A DNA stretch of 64,000 bases, from contig NC_082707.1 of NCBI RefSeq assembly GCF_030144855.1, positions 135,966,001 to 136,030,000 on the forward strand, written 5' to 3'. The position numbers were made by a program, and so were the translations under genes. This stretch comes from Hypanus sabinus. Its lineage: Eukaryota. Under the pieces are notes generated by a model that saw nothing but the letters and a program-made list of their open reading frames with translations, did no database searches and was not told the DNA's origin. The stretch's first letter is position 1. Every line of letters starts with the position of its first letter. Below are positions 50,440 to 64,000 of the stretch, piece after piece.

Positions 50440-51540
50440 TTGGTGCATTTTGTCAGCTGAGAAGGTCTGATCTAATCCTACCTTCCAGCACTCGTCTGTT
50501 TTAATTGTGATGAAGTTTTCTGCTTCTACCATCTTTCAAGCAGTGAGATCCAGATCCCTACCACTCACTGGGTAGAAATAGCATTTCCTTATTTACAGTC
50601 AGCTTCTATATTTACTTCAAATCCATGCTCCATTCTTTAATCCTCTGCCAAAGGAAGTAAGATCTTTCTGCTATCTAAGCCCTAGCTGATTTTATATACC
50701 TTCAATCAAATTTCAAAGGAAAACAATTTGCCCCATAGCTACTGTTCTTCACTCCTGGCAATGTTCTTATAGTAGTTTTCTGTACCTCTCCAGTTCACTT
50801 TTTTCAGAATTGTTATCTGTAATTGAAGAGGTAGTCTAGCCTATGTTATATATTCCCTCGCCCTGTTGCACCTTCCCCAAACTCTGGATTAAATTCTGTT
50901 TTCCACTTTTCTGCCCAACTGAACAGAACTTCTGTATTCTCCAGCTACTTAAAGCTTTCCTTCTCATGGTCATCCACACAGGTAATTTTGCATCATGTGC
51001 AAAGTCCTTTATCACATCCACCACATTTAGACCTAATTGTATTACCAAAAGCAGGTGGTAAGGGACCACTGGTAACAATCTTGCAGTTACAGAATCACCT
51101 ACCAACCATAACCCTTTGCTTCTTATTACTAGACTAGGTTTGGATCCAATCTGCCCTTGATCTCTCCCTGGCTTTTCTTTTTGACTAGCCTGCCATATTG
51201 GAATCTTGTCAAAAGCTTTGCTGAAATCCAGTTAGGCCACATCAAATACACTTCCCTCACTGTCCCTCCTTGTTACCCCCCCCCCCCCCAAAGATTCCAT
51301 TGTTAGACGTAATCTTGCCTTAAAATATTTGTGCTATTTCTGATTTCTCTTTTTTTTACAAAAATTGGTTTATCCTCTTCCTTAGATTCCAACCTGTCAT
51401 GGAAATTTAGCTAACTTTCCTGTAGTTATTTGGTTATTCGTTTCTTCCTTTTTAAACGGTAGCATGGCACAGGAGCCCTCCAATCTTCTAACTCCACTTT
51501 TTAGCCAGGCTGATTGAAAAGTTATGGTTGGGGATCTGAC
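50440..51540 (-). mobile_element. Old CR1 LINE fragment
   Basis: The - strand gives DFAHDAKL and cttgtcaaaagctttgctgaaatc (DFSKAFDK). Confidence 0.55.
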
Positions 51541-51585
51541 ATTTTTCCCTTGTTTTTATTAATGGCCTTGGATATATTTCATGCA

Positions 51586-51863
51586 GGGCAGTACAGTAGT
51601 GTAGTGGTTAGCACGACCCTTTACAGTGCAGGTGTCCTGGGTTCAATTCCCACCACTGTCTGTAGGGAGCCTGTACATTCTCCTCATGACTGCATAGGTT
51701 TCCTCCAGGTATCCTGTTTCCTCCCATAGCCCAACACCGTACCGGTTGGTAGATTAATTGGTCATTGTAAATTGCCCCGCGATTAGATTCAGATTAAATT
51801 GGGAGATTGATGGGCGATACGGCTGGGAGGGCCTGTTCCACACTGTAAGTCAATAAATAAATA
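51586..51863 (+). mobile_element. tRNA-derived SINE (HE1/V-SINE-like)
   Basis: Pol III A-box tagtgtagtgg and B-box ggttcaattcc; central ggtttcctcc..gtttcctccca..aattggtcattgtaaattg; (aata)n tail. Confidence 0.75.
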
Positions 51864-52904
51864 ATCTGATGACTAAGATGATAAACCTCTGTAATACTTT
51901 CCCTTTTACAGTAAGACTCTGATCATTCCTTAACCTTGGGTGTTTGGTAGAGCTGGTTTGGCCACTTTTCCAGACTCTTGGATATCACACCAATTAATAC
52001 ACCTGCACCCTTTTAATTCAAAATTTTTTAGATCTTCTTCCCAATAAATAAGTTTCCTGGTGAACCAGATAAGCTTAAAGGGAATGTGGAAGAGAAAACA
52101 GTGTTTAATAGGAGCATGGGAAACAGGGCCCCAGTGAGTTTAAAGGGAGAGTGGAAACAGGGCCTCTGAAGGCATTGTAGGAATAGAAACCTGATGTGTG
52201 TATAAAACCACAAGAGTCAGTAGTTGGGTGAATGCACACAGTCTTTGTCAAAAACTGTAAATCAAAATGTAGAGGACATAGGTTTGTGAGAGGGAAGAGA
52301 TTTAATAGGAACCCGAGGGGGCAACTTTATCACAGCGAGGGTGATCCGCATTTGGAATAAGATGCTTGAGAAAGTAATTTGAGTCAAGTATATTAGCAAC
52401 ATTTAAAAGACACTTGGACAGGTACATGGAAAGGGATATGGGACTAGTGTTATTGGGGATCTTGTTTGGCCTGAAGAGCCTGTTTTCTTGCTCTCTGACT
52501 ATGTGTCTAAAGGGAGTATGGGAACCAAGATCCTAATGAGCCAGATGTTGAACCATCAGGATTTCCAAAGAACTGGAAGCAGATTATTTTATTATACAGT
52601 ATTTGTCTCATCTAATATTTCATATCTTTTGCCTTAATCACGCCCCTCTTTTGTGTAGATAATTGCAAAGCATTGTAAGTCCTACCTGCATCGAGGAATG
52701 CCAGTTTGCAGCAGTGAAATTTAGGCCTTTTCAGCCTCTTCAAGATGGGAAGCATGCATAACTGCCAAAGGTCACCTCCAGCTGACCTGCTCTAACCTAT
52801 TGCGTGGTTATGCCAAATCCTACGGATACTCTAGCCCTGGTAAAGCAATATACATGGTGGACTCGCGTTTGCTGCTTGTACACCTTAATGTCTCCAGGAT
52901 AAGT

Positions 52905-54560
52905 TATAACTAAGGAGAAGGATATTGAATTGTGTAAGGTAAGGGAAACAAGTAGGGTAGTTATGGAAACTATGATGATTAATGAAGAGGATGTACTGGT
53001 GCTTTTAAAGAATATAAAGGTGGATAAGTCTCCGGGTCCTGACAGGATATTCACTAGGACCTTGAGGGACGTTAGTGTAGAAATGGCAGGGGCTCTGACA
53101 GAAATATTTCAAATGTCATTAGAAACGGGGATGGTGCTGGAGGATTGGCTTATTGCTCATGTGGTTCCATTGTTTAAAAAGGGTTCTAAGAGTAAACCTA
53201 GCAATTATAGTAAGTTTGAACGTCAGTGGTGGGTAAATTAATAGAAAGTATTCTTAGAGGTGGTATATATAATTATCTGGATAGACAGGGTCTGATTAGG
53301 AACAGTCAACATGGATTTGTGCGTGGAAGTCCACGTTTGACAAATCTTATTGAATTTTTTGAAGAGGTTACTAGGAAAGTTGATGAGGGTAAAGCAGTGG
53401 ATGTTGTCTGTATGGACTTCAGTAAGGCCTTTGACAAGGTTAGTTAGGAAGGTTCAATTGTTAGGTATTAATATTGAAGTAGTAAAATGGATTCAACAGT
53501 GGCTAGATGGGAGATGCCAGAGAGTAGTGGTGGATAACTGTTTGTCAGGTTAGAGGCCAGTGACTAGTGGTGTGCCTCAGGTGTCTGTACTGGGTCCAAT
53601 GTTTTTTGTCATATACATTAACGATCTGGATGATGATTGGATTAGTAAGTATGCAGATGATACTAAGATAGGTGGCGTTGTAGATAATGAAGTAGGTTTT
53701 CCAAGCTTGCAGAGAAATTTAGGCCAGTTAGAAGAGTGGGCTGAAAGATGGCAGATGGAGTTTAATGCTGATAAGTGTGTGGTGCTACATTTTGGTACGA
53801 CTAACCAAAATAGGACATACATGATAAATGGTAGGGCATTGAGGAATGTAGTAGAACGGAGTGATCTAGGAATAATGGTGCATAGTTCCCTGAAGGTAGA
53901 ATCTCATGTGGACAGGGTGGTGAAGAAAGCTTTTGGTATGCTGGCCTTAATAAATCAGAGCATTGAGTATAGGAATTGGGATGTAATGTTAAAATTGTAC
54001 AAGGCATTGGTGAGGCCAAATTTGGAGTATTGTGTACAGTTCTGGTCACCGAATTATAGGAAAGATGTCAACAAAATAGAGAGAGTACAGAGGAGATTTA
54101 CTAGAATGTTACTTGGGTTTCAGCACCTAAGTTACAGAGAAAGGTTGAACAAGTTAGGTCTTTATTCTTTGGAGCATAGAAGGTTGAGGAGGGACTTGAT
54201 AGAGGTATTTAAAATTATGAGGGGGATAGATAGAGTTGATGTGGATAGGCTTTTTCCATTGAGAGTAGGGAGGATTCAAACAAGTGGACATGAGTTGAGA
54301 GTTAACAGGCAAAAGTTTAGGGGTAACACAAAGGAGAACTTCTTTACTCAGAGAGTGGTAGCTGTGTGGAACAAGCTTCCAGTAGAAGTGGTAGAGGCAG
54401 GTTCGATTTTGTAATAAAAAAAATTGGATAGGTATATGAACATGAAAGGAATGGAGGGTTATGGGCTAAGTGCAGGTTGGTAAGACTAGGTGAGAGTAAG
54501 CATTCAGCACAGACTAGAAAGGCCAAGATGGCCTGTTTCCATGCTGTAATTGTTATATGG
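52905..54560 (+). mobile_element. CR1 LINE, 5'-truncated (RT)
   Basis: KSPGPDRIF, VVPLFKKG, QHGFVRG, DFSKAFDK, SGVPQ, YADDTK, NLEYCVQFWSP, FFTQRVVAVWNKLP; frameshifted. Confidence 0.9.
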
Positions 54561-54891
54561 TAAAATAAAACTTCCCATTTTTCTGCATAAGATAGCCAAC
54601 CAGGTTGCAAAGCTGTGAGTTTATGGCCTGTTCTAAATTTCTAATGAGTGGAGTAACACTGCTTTGTTTGGCTGTATTCATGGGTATTCATGTTAGTTGA
54701 ATGACAATTAAACATGAATTTGAAATTAATCGTAGGTTTATCCCTACCTACAGAGGAGGTAGCTACAAGAGTTTAAAGAAGGTCTGCAAAATATTTTAAG
54801 GAACCTTGTGGACTTATGCAAGATAATGTGTAAAATGCATTTGTTTTTGGAAGTATGAACAGTAGCTATAATAAAAAGTGGGTAAAGTCAT

Positions 54892-55165
54892 GGTACCATA
54901 GTGGTCAGCACAATGCTATTCATCTGAGTTTGAAGTTCAATTCCAGCAACATCAGTAAGGAGTCTCTTCAAGTCCTTCCTGTGGATTTCCCCCAGGTGCT
55001 CTAGTTTCATCCCACAGACCAAAGGTGTAGCAGTTAGGTTAATTGGTCATTGTAGATTGTTCAGTGATTAGGTTAGGGTTAGTCAGGGTTGCGGGGGTTA
55101 CTGGGGCGGCATGGCTTGAAGAGCCAGGAGGGCCTACTCTGCTCTATCTCGCTAATTAAATAAAA
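54892..55165 (+). mobile_element. tRNA-derived SINE (HE1/V-SINE-like)
   Basis: tagtggtcagc / gttcaattcc boxes, ggttaattggtcattgta core, and an A-rich tail; homologous to 51586-51863. Confidence 0.65.
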
Positions 55166-55661
55166 TGAAGAAATAGACTTCAATGGATGTTGGTTGATTG
55201 CAGGAACGGAATAAGCTATGAAGCTCAAAAGTCATGGCATAGAGACATGATTTGTGCGTTTCATGTCTTGTGCAGTGTGTTTCTTCTAATAACTGATTTT
55301 GCCCTAAGGGCTGTGCATGATTTGTATGTGGTCATTACATAAATGTTCAAGTTTGCTGTCTGCAGATTAATCATAATGCAATCTTTCAAAACAGTCTAGG
55401 GTAGTAACATATTACTGCCAGTAAGGGGTTGAAAAAGCCTGTGTAGATTTCATTATTGCACAGAGCATTGATTATGAACTTGACAAGATTGTCCCTTTAT
55501 TTGACGGATCAAAGTGGTCAGGCACCCATGGTGAAGTACAAAAGTGCATTTCATGTTGAATATGGTATACTATAAGGGTTATGAGCTTTACTTATTCAAA
55601 TTGACTGCTTTTTCAGTCCCGATACACATTTTGCTTTAGCAGTTTTTTTTAATTTTGAAAG

Positions 55662-55827
55662 GTTGAGGAGGACGTGGAAACAAAGGATGAGTGCATTCAG
55701 CTTAATGAATTTTCGAGAAGACAAATAGTTTCAAACTGGGACAGATATAAAACTGAAGAGAAAGAAGGCGATGATGTTGAAGAAACTTTGCGAGGTGCTG
55801 ATTTCAATGTGCTGTTAAGTTTTGCAG
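55662..55827 (+). CDS. AVEN: Cell death regulator Aven, coding exon 2
   Basis: Acceptor ttttgaaag|. The exon encodes VEEDVETKDE...FSRRQIVSNWDRY...RGADFNVLLSFAG, matching the conserved Aven motifs (YSKRKIVSNWDRY / RGTDFSVLLSSAG in mammals). Donor cag|gtagga at 55827/8. Confidence 0.92.
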
Positions 55828-57304
55828 GTAGGAAATCATTGGTCCTCAATTATTCAATTATATTAAATACTGTAATAAATTTTTACAAATGAAGATTCTT
55901 TTGACATTTATGAGTTGCAGTTTTTATCGTGATTTGCTAATGCTGAAAATAAGTATGGTGCAGCACAGGTGGAAGATAACTTGAGCAAAGAAATCAGTCT
56001 CTGTTGTTGCATGTGCATTTTTTTCTTGTTCGCCATAATTTTCTTTTGGAATAGCAACGACCCCCCTAATTTCCTTTCTCACTAGCTTTCGAGGGAGACT
56101 TTCTGTTGGAAATGTGCCATTAGAAGATCAATATTATGGGCCTATTCACATTTGATTTATAGATTTTAATATAAATTAAGTCAAATTAAAATACAGGCTT
56201 ACACAAATAATAAATGTTATTTTATGTGGAAAAGTGGTTGCTATGTTGTTCACAGCAACAGAAAGCATGTCTCGTCCTTAAACTGAGTGCAAGAAGAAAA
56301 GTTTTAGAGTATGTCAAAGATTTATTAATGTAGTGAGAAAGACATAGGAAAAGAGGGCTGCAGTTTTAGCAATCTGAAGTTCAGGTCCTAAAGAACAATG
56401 TTTAAGTAACATTTAGATTTGTTATTTTAGCATTTGGCATATTGTGTTCCATTTTGGTGTATATATCGTAATTTTTGATTTATGTTTGGTATTTTGGGGA
56501 GAACCTTAAAATTGAATGTAATTTTGATATTCTTAGAGGGAAAGATTATCAATACCTTAGAAAAGTGTTGCACTACATTGCAACTTCTGAAGATGGGAGT
56601 AGGCCTGCCTGATGAACTGGTCCTTTTTTTGCTTGCAGAGAATATTCAAACATGTCTTTACCTAACTTTCCTAATAGAGTATAGAACTAATCAGGTTTTG
56701 TAATGACTTGCAAAAAAAATCAGACATAAATGAACAATCTCATTGAGAATAACATTTCAGTTTTACAGAAAGCCACATAATGGCTGATACTGTTTTCACG
56801 TGACCGGTAACGCTAATTATTCATTAGGAATATGCATATTCTAATTTCCTCCTACTGCATCTGTCACAAATTACTATTCTAGGTACAGCAGTGATCCAGA
56901 TGGTACCCCAGCATAGATCAGCTCACTCATTGAAGTAGAGGTAGAACATAGTTAACCCTGACAAAAACCCATCTAGCATTTCATTGCATACAAGATCTTT
57001 TTGCAACAGAAAAGTTGAAAGTCTGCAAGAAGTGTTTCTGTTGAACCTGCATATCAGTGTCATTGTTCCAAATCCTTGAACCTAGGTAGATACTGAACTA
57101 TTTATGTGGTTTACACTACCTCAAGTTATGATGATGATGACACTACTTCAAGTTATACTTCTGTAAAAAGAGAGGTTATAAAAAGAGACAATAGAACTGA
57201 AAAACAAGTATTCAAGCATAATGAAGTATGAGACAAATAAGGCATCAAAATAAGTGTCAGATTGTACTGATGAATTTTATAGAAGATTAATTCTTATAAC
57301 TTAA

Positions 57305-57915
57305 GGAATAGAAACAGGAGAGGCCCCATGTATGTGATCATCAGGATCATGGCTGATCTTTAATAGCTGTACCACTTTTACATGGAAGTCTTGTTTCCTC
57401 TAAATCTCTTAATATCTAAAATTAATATCTGAAATTAATATCTTAATATCTGAAATGTATGTGGTGAATGAGCTTCTGCTATCTCTTTGGCTTGAGGATT
57501 ATATTGATTCAAAATCTTCTGAGTGAAAATTTACTTTTCTTCTCTAAATGGTCAACACCTAATTTTGTGATTGTGATCCTGGTTATGGACATATCATCTC
57601 CACCTTCCTTTCTCGTCCTGATGAAGGGTCTCAGAGGAAACATCATCTCTCTATCTTTTCTAACCTTCTGTGAGATTACCTCTTATTCTTCTAAATTCCA
57701 GTGGGAACAGGCCCAGTTTGTTTAACCTCACTTTGTATGATAAATCATTCATTCACAACAATCAATTTGCTGCAAACTCTCTACTGTAAACATATTCTTC
57801 CTTGACTAAGGAGACTAAATCAGTGCAGAGTATTTTAGAATTATCTTGCCAGCACTCTGTACTATTAGAGCAAGATACTGCTATTCTTGTTCTCAAGATC
57901 TCGTGCAATGAAAAG
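57305..57915 (-). mobile_element. Old CR1 3' fragment with a small Penelope-terminus insert (57595-57634)
   Basis: ggaatagaaacaggag..gatcatggctgatc is a reversed CR1 tail; ttctaaattccagtg; insert gtcctgatgaagggtctcag. Confidence 0.5.
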
Positions 57916-57921
57916 CAAAAG

Positions 57922-58395
57922 CACACAGAAAGTGCTGGAGGAACTCAGCATGTCAGGTGGCAACTATGAAAACGATAAACAGTCGATGTTTCAGGCTGAG
58001 GCCTTTCATCAAGACTGGAAAGGAAGCTGGAAGATGACAGAATAAAAAGTTGGGGAGAGGAGAAGGAGAATTGCTAGAAGATGTGAGGTGAAGCCAGGTG
58101 GGTAGGAAAGGCAAAGAGCTGGAGAGAAAGGAATCTGATAGGAGAGTAGAGTGGATGAGAAGAGAAAGGGAAGGAGGAGAGGACCCATGAAGAGATGATA
58201 GGCAGGTAAGAAGAGGTAAGGGGCCAGAGTGAGGAATAGAAGAAGAGGGGAGGGGTAGTGATTTTTTTATATATCAAAAAGAGAAATCGATATTTATGCC
58301 ATCAGGTTGGAGGCTGCCCAGGCAGAATATAAGGTGTTGCTCCTCCACCCCGAGTGTAGCGTCATTGTGCCACAGAAGGAGGCCATGGACTACCA
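57922..58395 (-). mobile_element. Penelope-like element 3' fragment
   Basis: Homologous to 27280-27750 and to the reverse complement of 47935-48425. Degenerate hammerhead motif at 57980-58018. Confidence 0.75.
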
Positions 58396-58549
58396 CATCT
58401 CCGACACCTCATCAACTTTGGAGAACTCTCATTCACTGGCTCCCTTGGGGTGGCAGAGAAACATAGAGTGAATCAACAAGCTGTTTTCAATTCTAAGACT
58501 CTAGTTCTGTTTCTTAAAAAAAATCTTCCAGATATAGGACATCTAATAT

Positions 58550-59375
58550 AAAACATAAAATGCTGAAAATTCTCAGCAGGTGAAGCTGCATCTGTGGGTA
58601 GAGAAACAGAGCTCACGTTGCAAAGATGATGGGGAAGGGCAAGAGGATGTCCCTGATAGGGTAAGGCTGGGATAACCATGGGAATAAACTGTAATCAAGG
58701 TTATCTGGTCAATGCACTTCTCCCAATGTCACGTACTGAATTGCAGAAGTTAAACACAGATTTGGTGACCACTTTGTGGCATACCAGTATTCAGAGGTTG
58801 CCCTGAGCTTCCCATTGCCTGCTACTTTTGTTCTCCACTACTTTGAAGTATTGGTGTGTGGTTGCAATGACACCCAACACAAGCATGAGCGATAAAACCT
58901 CATCATGGTGTTGCAACCTTGAGTTTAACATTGAAATCTACAGTTTAACATAACTCTATCAGTTGCCATCCATGGCAGTGATTTAGCTTGGTTCTGCCAC
59001 TGTCATCCATCCACCCACCTCCCCCATCTTTGATCTGTATCTTTCTCTGGGAGTAAGTGACCTGCTGACTCTGCTCTGCCAGCACAGTCTTCCTGCTTTG
59101 CATTTCACAACTCCCATGTGTTTGTCGCCAACTGTTCCCATTCATTCATTGACAAGATAACCAGCTTACCAGTTTATCTCCAGGATCACCCTAATTTTAC
59201 TCCATCAGGGATATCCTCATTACACCCACCCTCTCTGTAGCTATATCAGCATTTTTTTTTGTCGCCTTCCCAGCTTTGACAAAGGAGCGTCGTCCTGAAA
59301 CATCAGCTGTTTCACTTTTCACACACGCAGCCTGACCTCCTGAGTATTTCCAGTTTTTTTTCTGTTTTTATTTTA
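58550..59375. mobile_element. Older Penelope-related element with inverted termini
   Basis: aaaatgctgaaaattctcagcaggt..gctgc (58557-58590) is inverted relative to gcagcctgacctcctgagtatttccag (59328-59354). The interior is a decayed GIY-YIG-like 3' region, with tgacaaagg...gaaacatc at 59277-59304. Confidence 0.5.
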
Positions 59376-62300
59376 GGATATCCTAACATTATTGTTTGAT
59401 ATTCTGAGAGTTAGGTATGTGGCTGGTATATTCGAGATTCGTTTTGGACTAGTAAAAGTGATATAACACATTGCTGCCTTTGTGAATATTGCCATGTTTT
59501 TGGTCAAAATTAATGTTTATTTCATGTGTGTAATCAGATATTTACAGTTTAGGTTTCCAGATTGAATTTTAAGTTTATTCATCTTACTAGCTAATAACTG
59601 AAACTGAAATAGGTTGCAGGTGGAGTTCTAGAGGTTACTCATTTATGCTTCACTGACTCCCACAAAGGTTGTTTGCTGGTAGCTTCTGTATTTATGTTTT
59701 ACTCAGTTTTCACTGCTGATTTAGGAAGATTAGTTTGTTGTGGAAGGAATGCTGAAAATTGCAGGGATGTCTGCTGTGTCCTTAGGTTTGCCTGGTGATG
59801 CCATTAATTCCTCTTTGCTGCTCTGTGTGTGTTCCACATGTGATTACATGTTAACCTTCTATTTTTCCTACTCAATCTATCTGCTTAATTACTTTTCCCA
59901 TACTGATTCTTTATTTTTTTTGGGCATTGAATTGAAAACATAACATCGTGACAGATACTTAGAAATTTTACATATAGTCATATTATGAGCATTACCTGAA
60001 TGTATTTACTGGCAATGTCTCACACCACAACGGATATTTGTCTTCAGTGGTGGGTACTCCATATATCCTCTGGAAAATTTACATTCCACTTGAGAGATTT
60101 TAACTTAAGTACAGACACCCTATGTAAAGTGTTACTTGGCAAGCATAGAACAATTGTATGCTAATTAACTCAGCAGTAAGGTTGTTTAAAATTGTCAGTA
60201 ATTTGTGGAATGTGGCCATTTGTAGTGTTACAAATAAAGCTTGTACAGTGTCTCATGCTTCAGTAATTGTTTGCAAACATCATGAGGTTTGTAGACAGCA
60301 ACTTCCATTTCTATCGTGCACTTTCATAGTGTTTTAGTGCATGCTACAAAAACATAACTCCAAGCAGTTTAGAAAAAGCCAGACACATGAGGCAGCTCTC
60401 TGAGGTTTGGGGAAAACCAAGCAGTTGGGAGGGTTGCACGAGCAGAGTTAATGCAACTAATATTAAGGATGCTTTTGAAAGCATTATAGTAAGAAAGATG
60501 ATGGATTTTAAGCAATTCCAGAAGCCAGGAGCATAGCAGCTGAAGGAATGAAGAATAATTTTGTATCAGGGAGTGAAAAATATGAGGAGGCAAGTATAAA
60601 TGAAGGTTATAAGGGACAGTAAAGCAATGGAATAATTTAAACATCAGGATGGAAGTTTTATAATTGATTTTTCGGTCATGGAACATCAACCAGTATGATT
60701 ATGATACTTCAGTGTGGAACGTGACAGATGCTGCTTCATTTGAAGTGATAGACAAAGGTTAGTTCCCCATTGTTGTTGGGGCATGTAGCTAGGACAGAAA
60801 TAGCATAATGATGCTTTAAAAAATGTAGAAAATGCTTCTTTAACTGTATTCAGACTTTGCACCATTGATTTATGCTTATTTAAAATATATACAGTCTGTT
60901 GAAGATAATTTTTAAAGCATAAAAACTGTATTAATCTTTCATATTTGCTTTTGCAATGAATATTAACTTTTGAAATCAGTATTGGTGGGGTTTTATTCAT
61001 ATATTCAATATATTTGGCTGGCTTTTTTTTCTATCTTATATTCCTGTTATATGTACCCTGCCTCACTGTTGTTGGTAGTCCTTGGAAGCCACAACTAATT
61101 AACTGTTGTTATATGTGAGCAATAATTTCAATAAGGTATTTGGCTATGGGATGCATCGGAGCTGAATTTAGCAGTGGGCTTTCCTAGGCATACACAATTT
61201 TCTTTGAAAGAATTAAACTGTAAATCGAGGACCTCTGGCCAATTATCCATTACAACATTTTCATCAGTGATTTGGTTAATAATTGATTGGTTTTGAACTT
61301 GAGGTGTTCCTGGTTCTCTAAATCTGTTAGCAGAATATGATTAAGTTTTTTTTTTGTGCTGTACATTCCATTACCAAGCCTCAGTGCAGACTTTACGTTG
61401 AGAGTGAATGCATTAATGCTCGACTTTCTTTGGAGTTCTTGATTCAGTGAATTTTGTATATTATTTAGAGAAACAGTGCATTGAAAGGAAGTCCAGGCTC
61501 CCTCCTCCGAAAGGTACTCTCAAAAGCCTGGGTGTCCTTTTGGCTTTAATTTTTCACCATTTGTGTTGATAGTTGAATTTAGCACTGGATGAAAGAACGG
61601 AAGATACGCTCAGTTACATGGAAGCCTTCTAAATATTAGAAGTTCAGATAAAATCCAAAATAAAATTGGGAGTTGTTAGCCTAATTAAATATGCTGGGAA
61701 AGCGCCTTGAAGATGTGGACTTTTTTACTTTCTAATAGGCATGTAGTATCATAAATCAATTTTTGTCCAGTCTTGGACCAGTTTTGCATCCCCAAGCACC
61801 TTTCTCCCCTAACACTAGGAATAAAAGTATTCAGCTCCCACAGAGTAAGGTGTTTTATGGCAGTGCTGGAATAGAAAGGGTAAAATTGTTGAGCCCTATA
61901 TGGTGTAAAATTAGACGTAAAATTGTTGTCTCTTTTAAGTTAGAATCTTATCTTTATGTCTTTGCATGTATTATTTTTCGTGAGAGCAGAGCATTCAGAT
62001 AATAGCTGCTATTCTGACCTTAGTTATTTGACACTTTTGTATTTTTCTTTGTGAATTTGAACAAATATTTAATGCTGAATTAGATGGCAAACAAAAATGG
62101 ATCTCAATGTTCTTAGATACCAAATTTTGCTTTGTGACTTGAAGACCAGGGCCAGTTTTGTTTGTATTGAGATGTAGTTATTTGCAGAACAAGAAATTTT
62201 ATTGTCTAAAATGGTTATGTATAATAATTACTCTACAGATTCATTTAGGCATGTGGCTGGGTAAAGATAAATGAGTTCCTTTTGACTCAATTCCAATTTA

Positions 62301-64000
62301 ATCAAAAATCCTTTGTAGTCTATTGACTTTCATTTACAAAATGCACATGGGGCTTAGTCATAGGAATTGAAAAGGGCAAAATTTGCAAAGAACCAGTAAG
62401 GCAGGGCTGTATAATACAACGCCACACGTAAAGATTATTTAGATATCTTAAAATGGCTAAAATATCATAATAACATATTACTTATTAAACATATACTCAG
62501 AGAACGTGATCCACACAACTGATTAAAAAACATGCACAACAAACAATCTGCTAACAAAATAACAATATGCATGTATATAGCTTCATTTTCACTGACCAGT
62601 ATTCTTCAAAGCAGATCTAATAAGAGTCTGAAGGCAGAAGGTTAAGCATGCAAATACAGCCGTATCCCATCGGTTTTTCTTCTCTTCAAAAATGTGAATT
62701 CCAATTTTTAGCAATTTTTCTTCGTAAAGATGATGTCCTTTAGAAGCTTTTAGTCCCCTTTTGTCATCGTCACTGTACAAAGCTGTTTCAGACTTTCCCT
62801 CGCATTCTGCATGAGGAAATAACATTGACAGCTATAAAAAATTAAAAGCTGTCACTTCTGTTTACACAGTGTGGCTAAGTCAACTGATCTGAAATAATTC
62901 CAGGGTTCACAACGATCTTTTAAAAATTCAACAACTGCCGAAGCCTCTGTAACGTGCTCTGGTTGTTCTGATGGTCACTATTGTCTTTGCTAATTAAAGT
63001 CTGCTGCTCATTGGCATAAGAGCTGATACCAGGGGGCTTTGCTGGAAGTTTACAGGTTTGCATTTTTAGTTTGAAGAGACGGATCAGGGTGGAGATAAAT
63101 GTTCATCGTGTCCTGCATTTCAGCTTCTTGCAACTACATTGTACACACTAAGAGATTTAAAAAAACTTAAAGGGCAAGATGTGTCATAATCTCTCAGGAG
63201 AACGAGGATGTACGGCATCAAAACCCTGCTGATTGAGCTGTTCAGTTTATGCAATGACATGCTTTCATACATAGTAAACTAATTGATGTATTTGAAGGAA
63301 AGCAGTGTTTGCAAATTGGGGCAGCAAATGATATGATAACTGCTCCTTATTTGCTTTTGTAAAGCCTTTTCATGAAGGATTAATTTATAATGACTAGTAG
63401 ATCTGATTTTTTGTTAAATTTTATATTTTACAACATGATAATCTCTGCTACTCCCTTGTGTTTTGTTATAGGTACAAAATGTTAATTTCTGTTATAAGTT
63501 ATATTAATCAAGGTGTGGAAGTGAAATACTGAGTACAGTTTAACATTGACCCATTGAGCCATCATGTGATGGCTCAGGTAGGCAACACACTGAATATGAT
63601 TTTTGAACGATAAAAATCATGCCATATTTGATCCTTGGTCATTGTCTGATATGAATTGTGCAAGTGTGACAGACATTTTTTATGACAAATATTTTTGAAG
63701 CAAATACAAACAAAGATATAAGGAAGGTGTTTTTAGTTAGCACTATAGGTGTGGTACCATTTTTATGCCATTTACAGCTTAGAATTAATAGGTTCCGTTG
63801 CCTGATTCTGCATTGGATTAACTGCACAGCAGTGAATTCATGAAGCCACTTTTATGCTTGAGCTGTGTTGAGTTTGTGGGTTTATGTTGATTTTACAGAA
63901 TAAGTATGTACTTGATTGGCTATGCACAAATCATTTTCTGTTCACTGCATCCAGCAATGTGATTTTTCCTTACACTCAAGAAAACAACAAGACCTTTGAG

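Noticed and set aside
51586-51660. tRNA gene
   Set aside because: A and B boxes are present, but they form the head of a SINE with central domain and tail; no convincing cloverleaf.
53560-54414. 284-aa ORF and similar RT ORFs (39021-39959, 49114-49743) as host genes
   Set aside because: They are fragments of CR1 ORF2 in truncated, frameshifted copies.

Overview
This is vertebrate genomic DNA. The repeat content (CR1/HER1-like LINEs, HE1/V-SINE-like SINEs, Penelope, Rex1/Babar) suggests a cartilaginous fish, probably a ray or shark; that assignment is an inference. Three host genes are supported. (1) A two-coding-exon fibrinogen-related-domain (FReD) gene on + (5030-5189 + 5534-6228, 284 aa) with a signal-peptide-like N-terminus and a C-terminal RDEL. 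(2) The single-coding-exon muscarinic receptor CHRM5 on - (11865-10330), with a shortened C-tail lacking the usual Cys. (3) The first two coding exons of AVEN on + (41355-41573, 55662-55827), preceded by an ~850-bp 30-mer minisatellite, with exon 1 in a CpG island. The rest is mostly transposon debris, often nested. It includes a decayed but complete Ty1/Copia (GalEa-like) LTR retrotransposon with both LTRs and a 5-bp TSD (13957-18504), a solo LTR with TSD (20037-20257), a Penelope-like element (RT + GIY-YIG) with a 21-bp TSD, Tc1-type fragments, a Tx1/L1-like LINE and many CR1 copies. The most notable non-coding signal is a minimal hammerhead-ribozyme motif (CUGAYGA-stemII-GAAACGUH) that recurs at the termini of the Penelope element and of several short, often fold-back, Penelope-derived insertions. 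Repeat boundaries are approximate unless a TSD or terminus is quoted.
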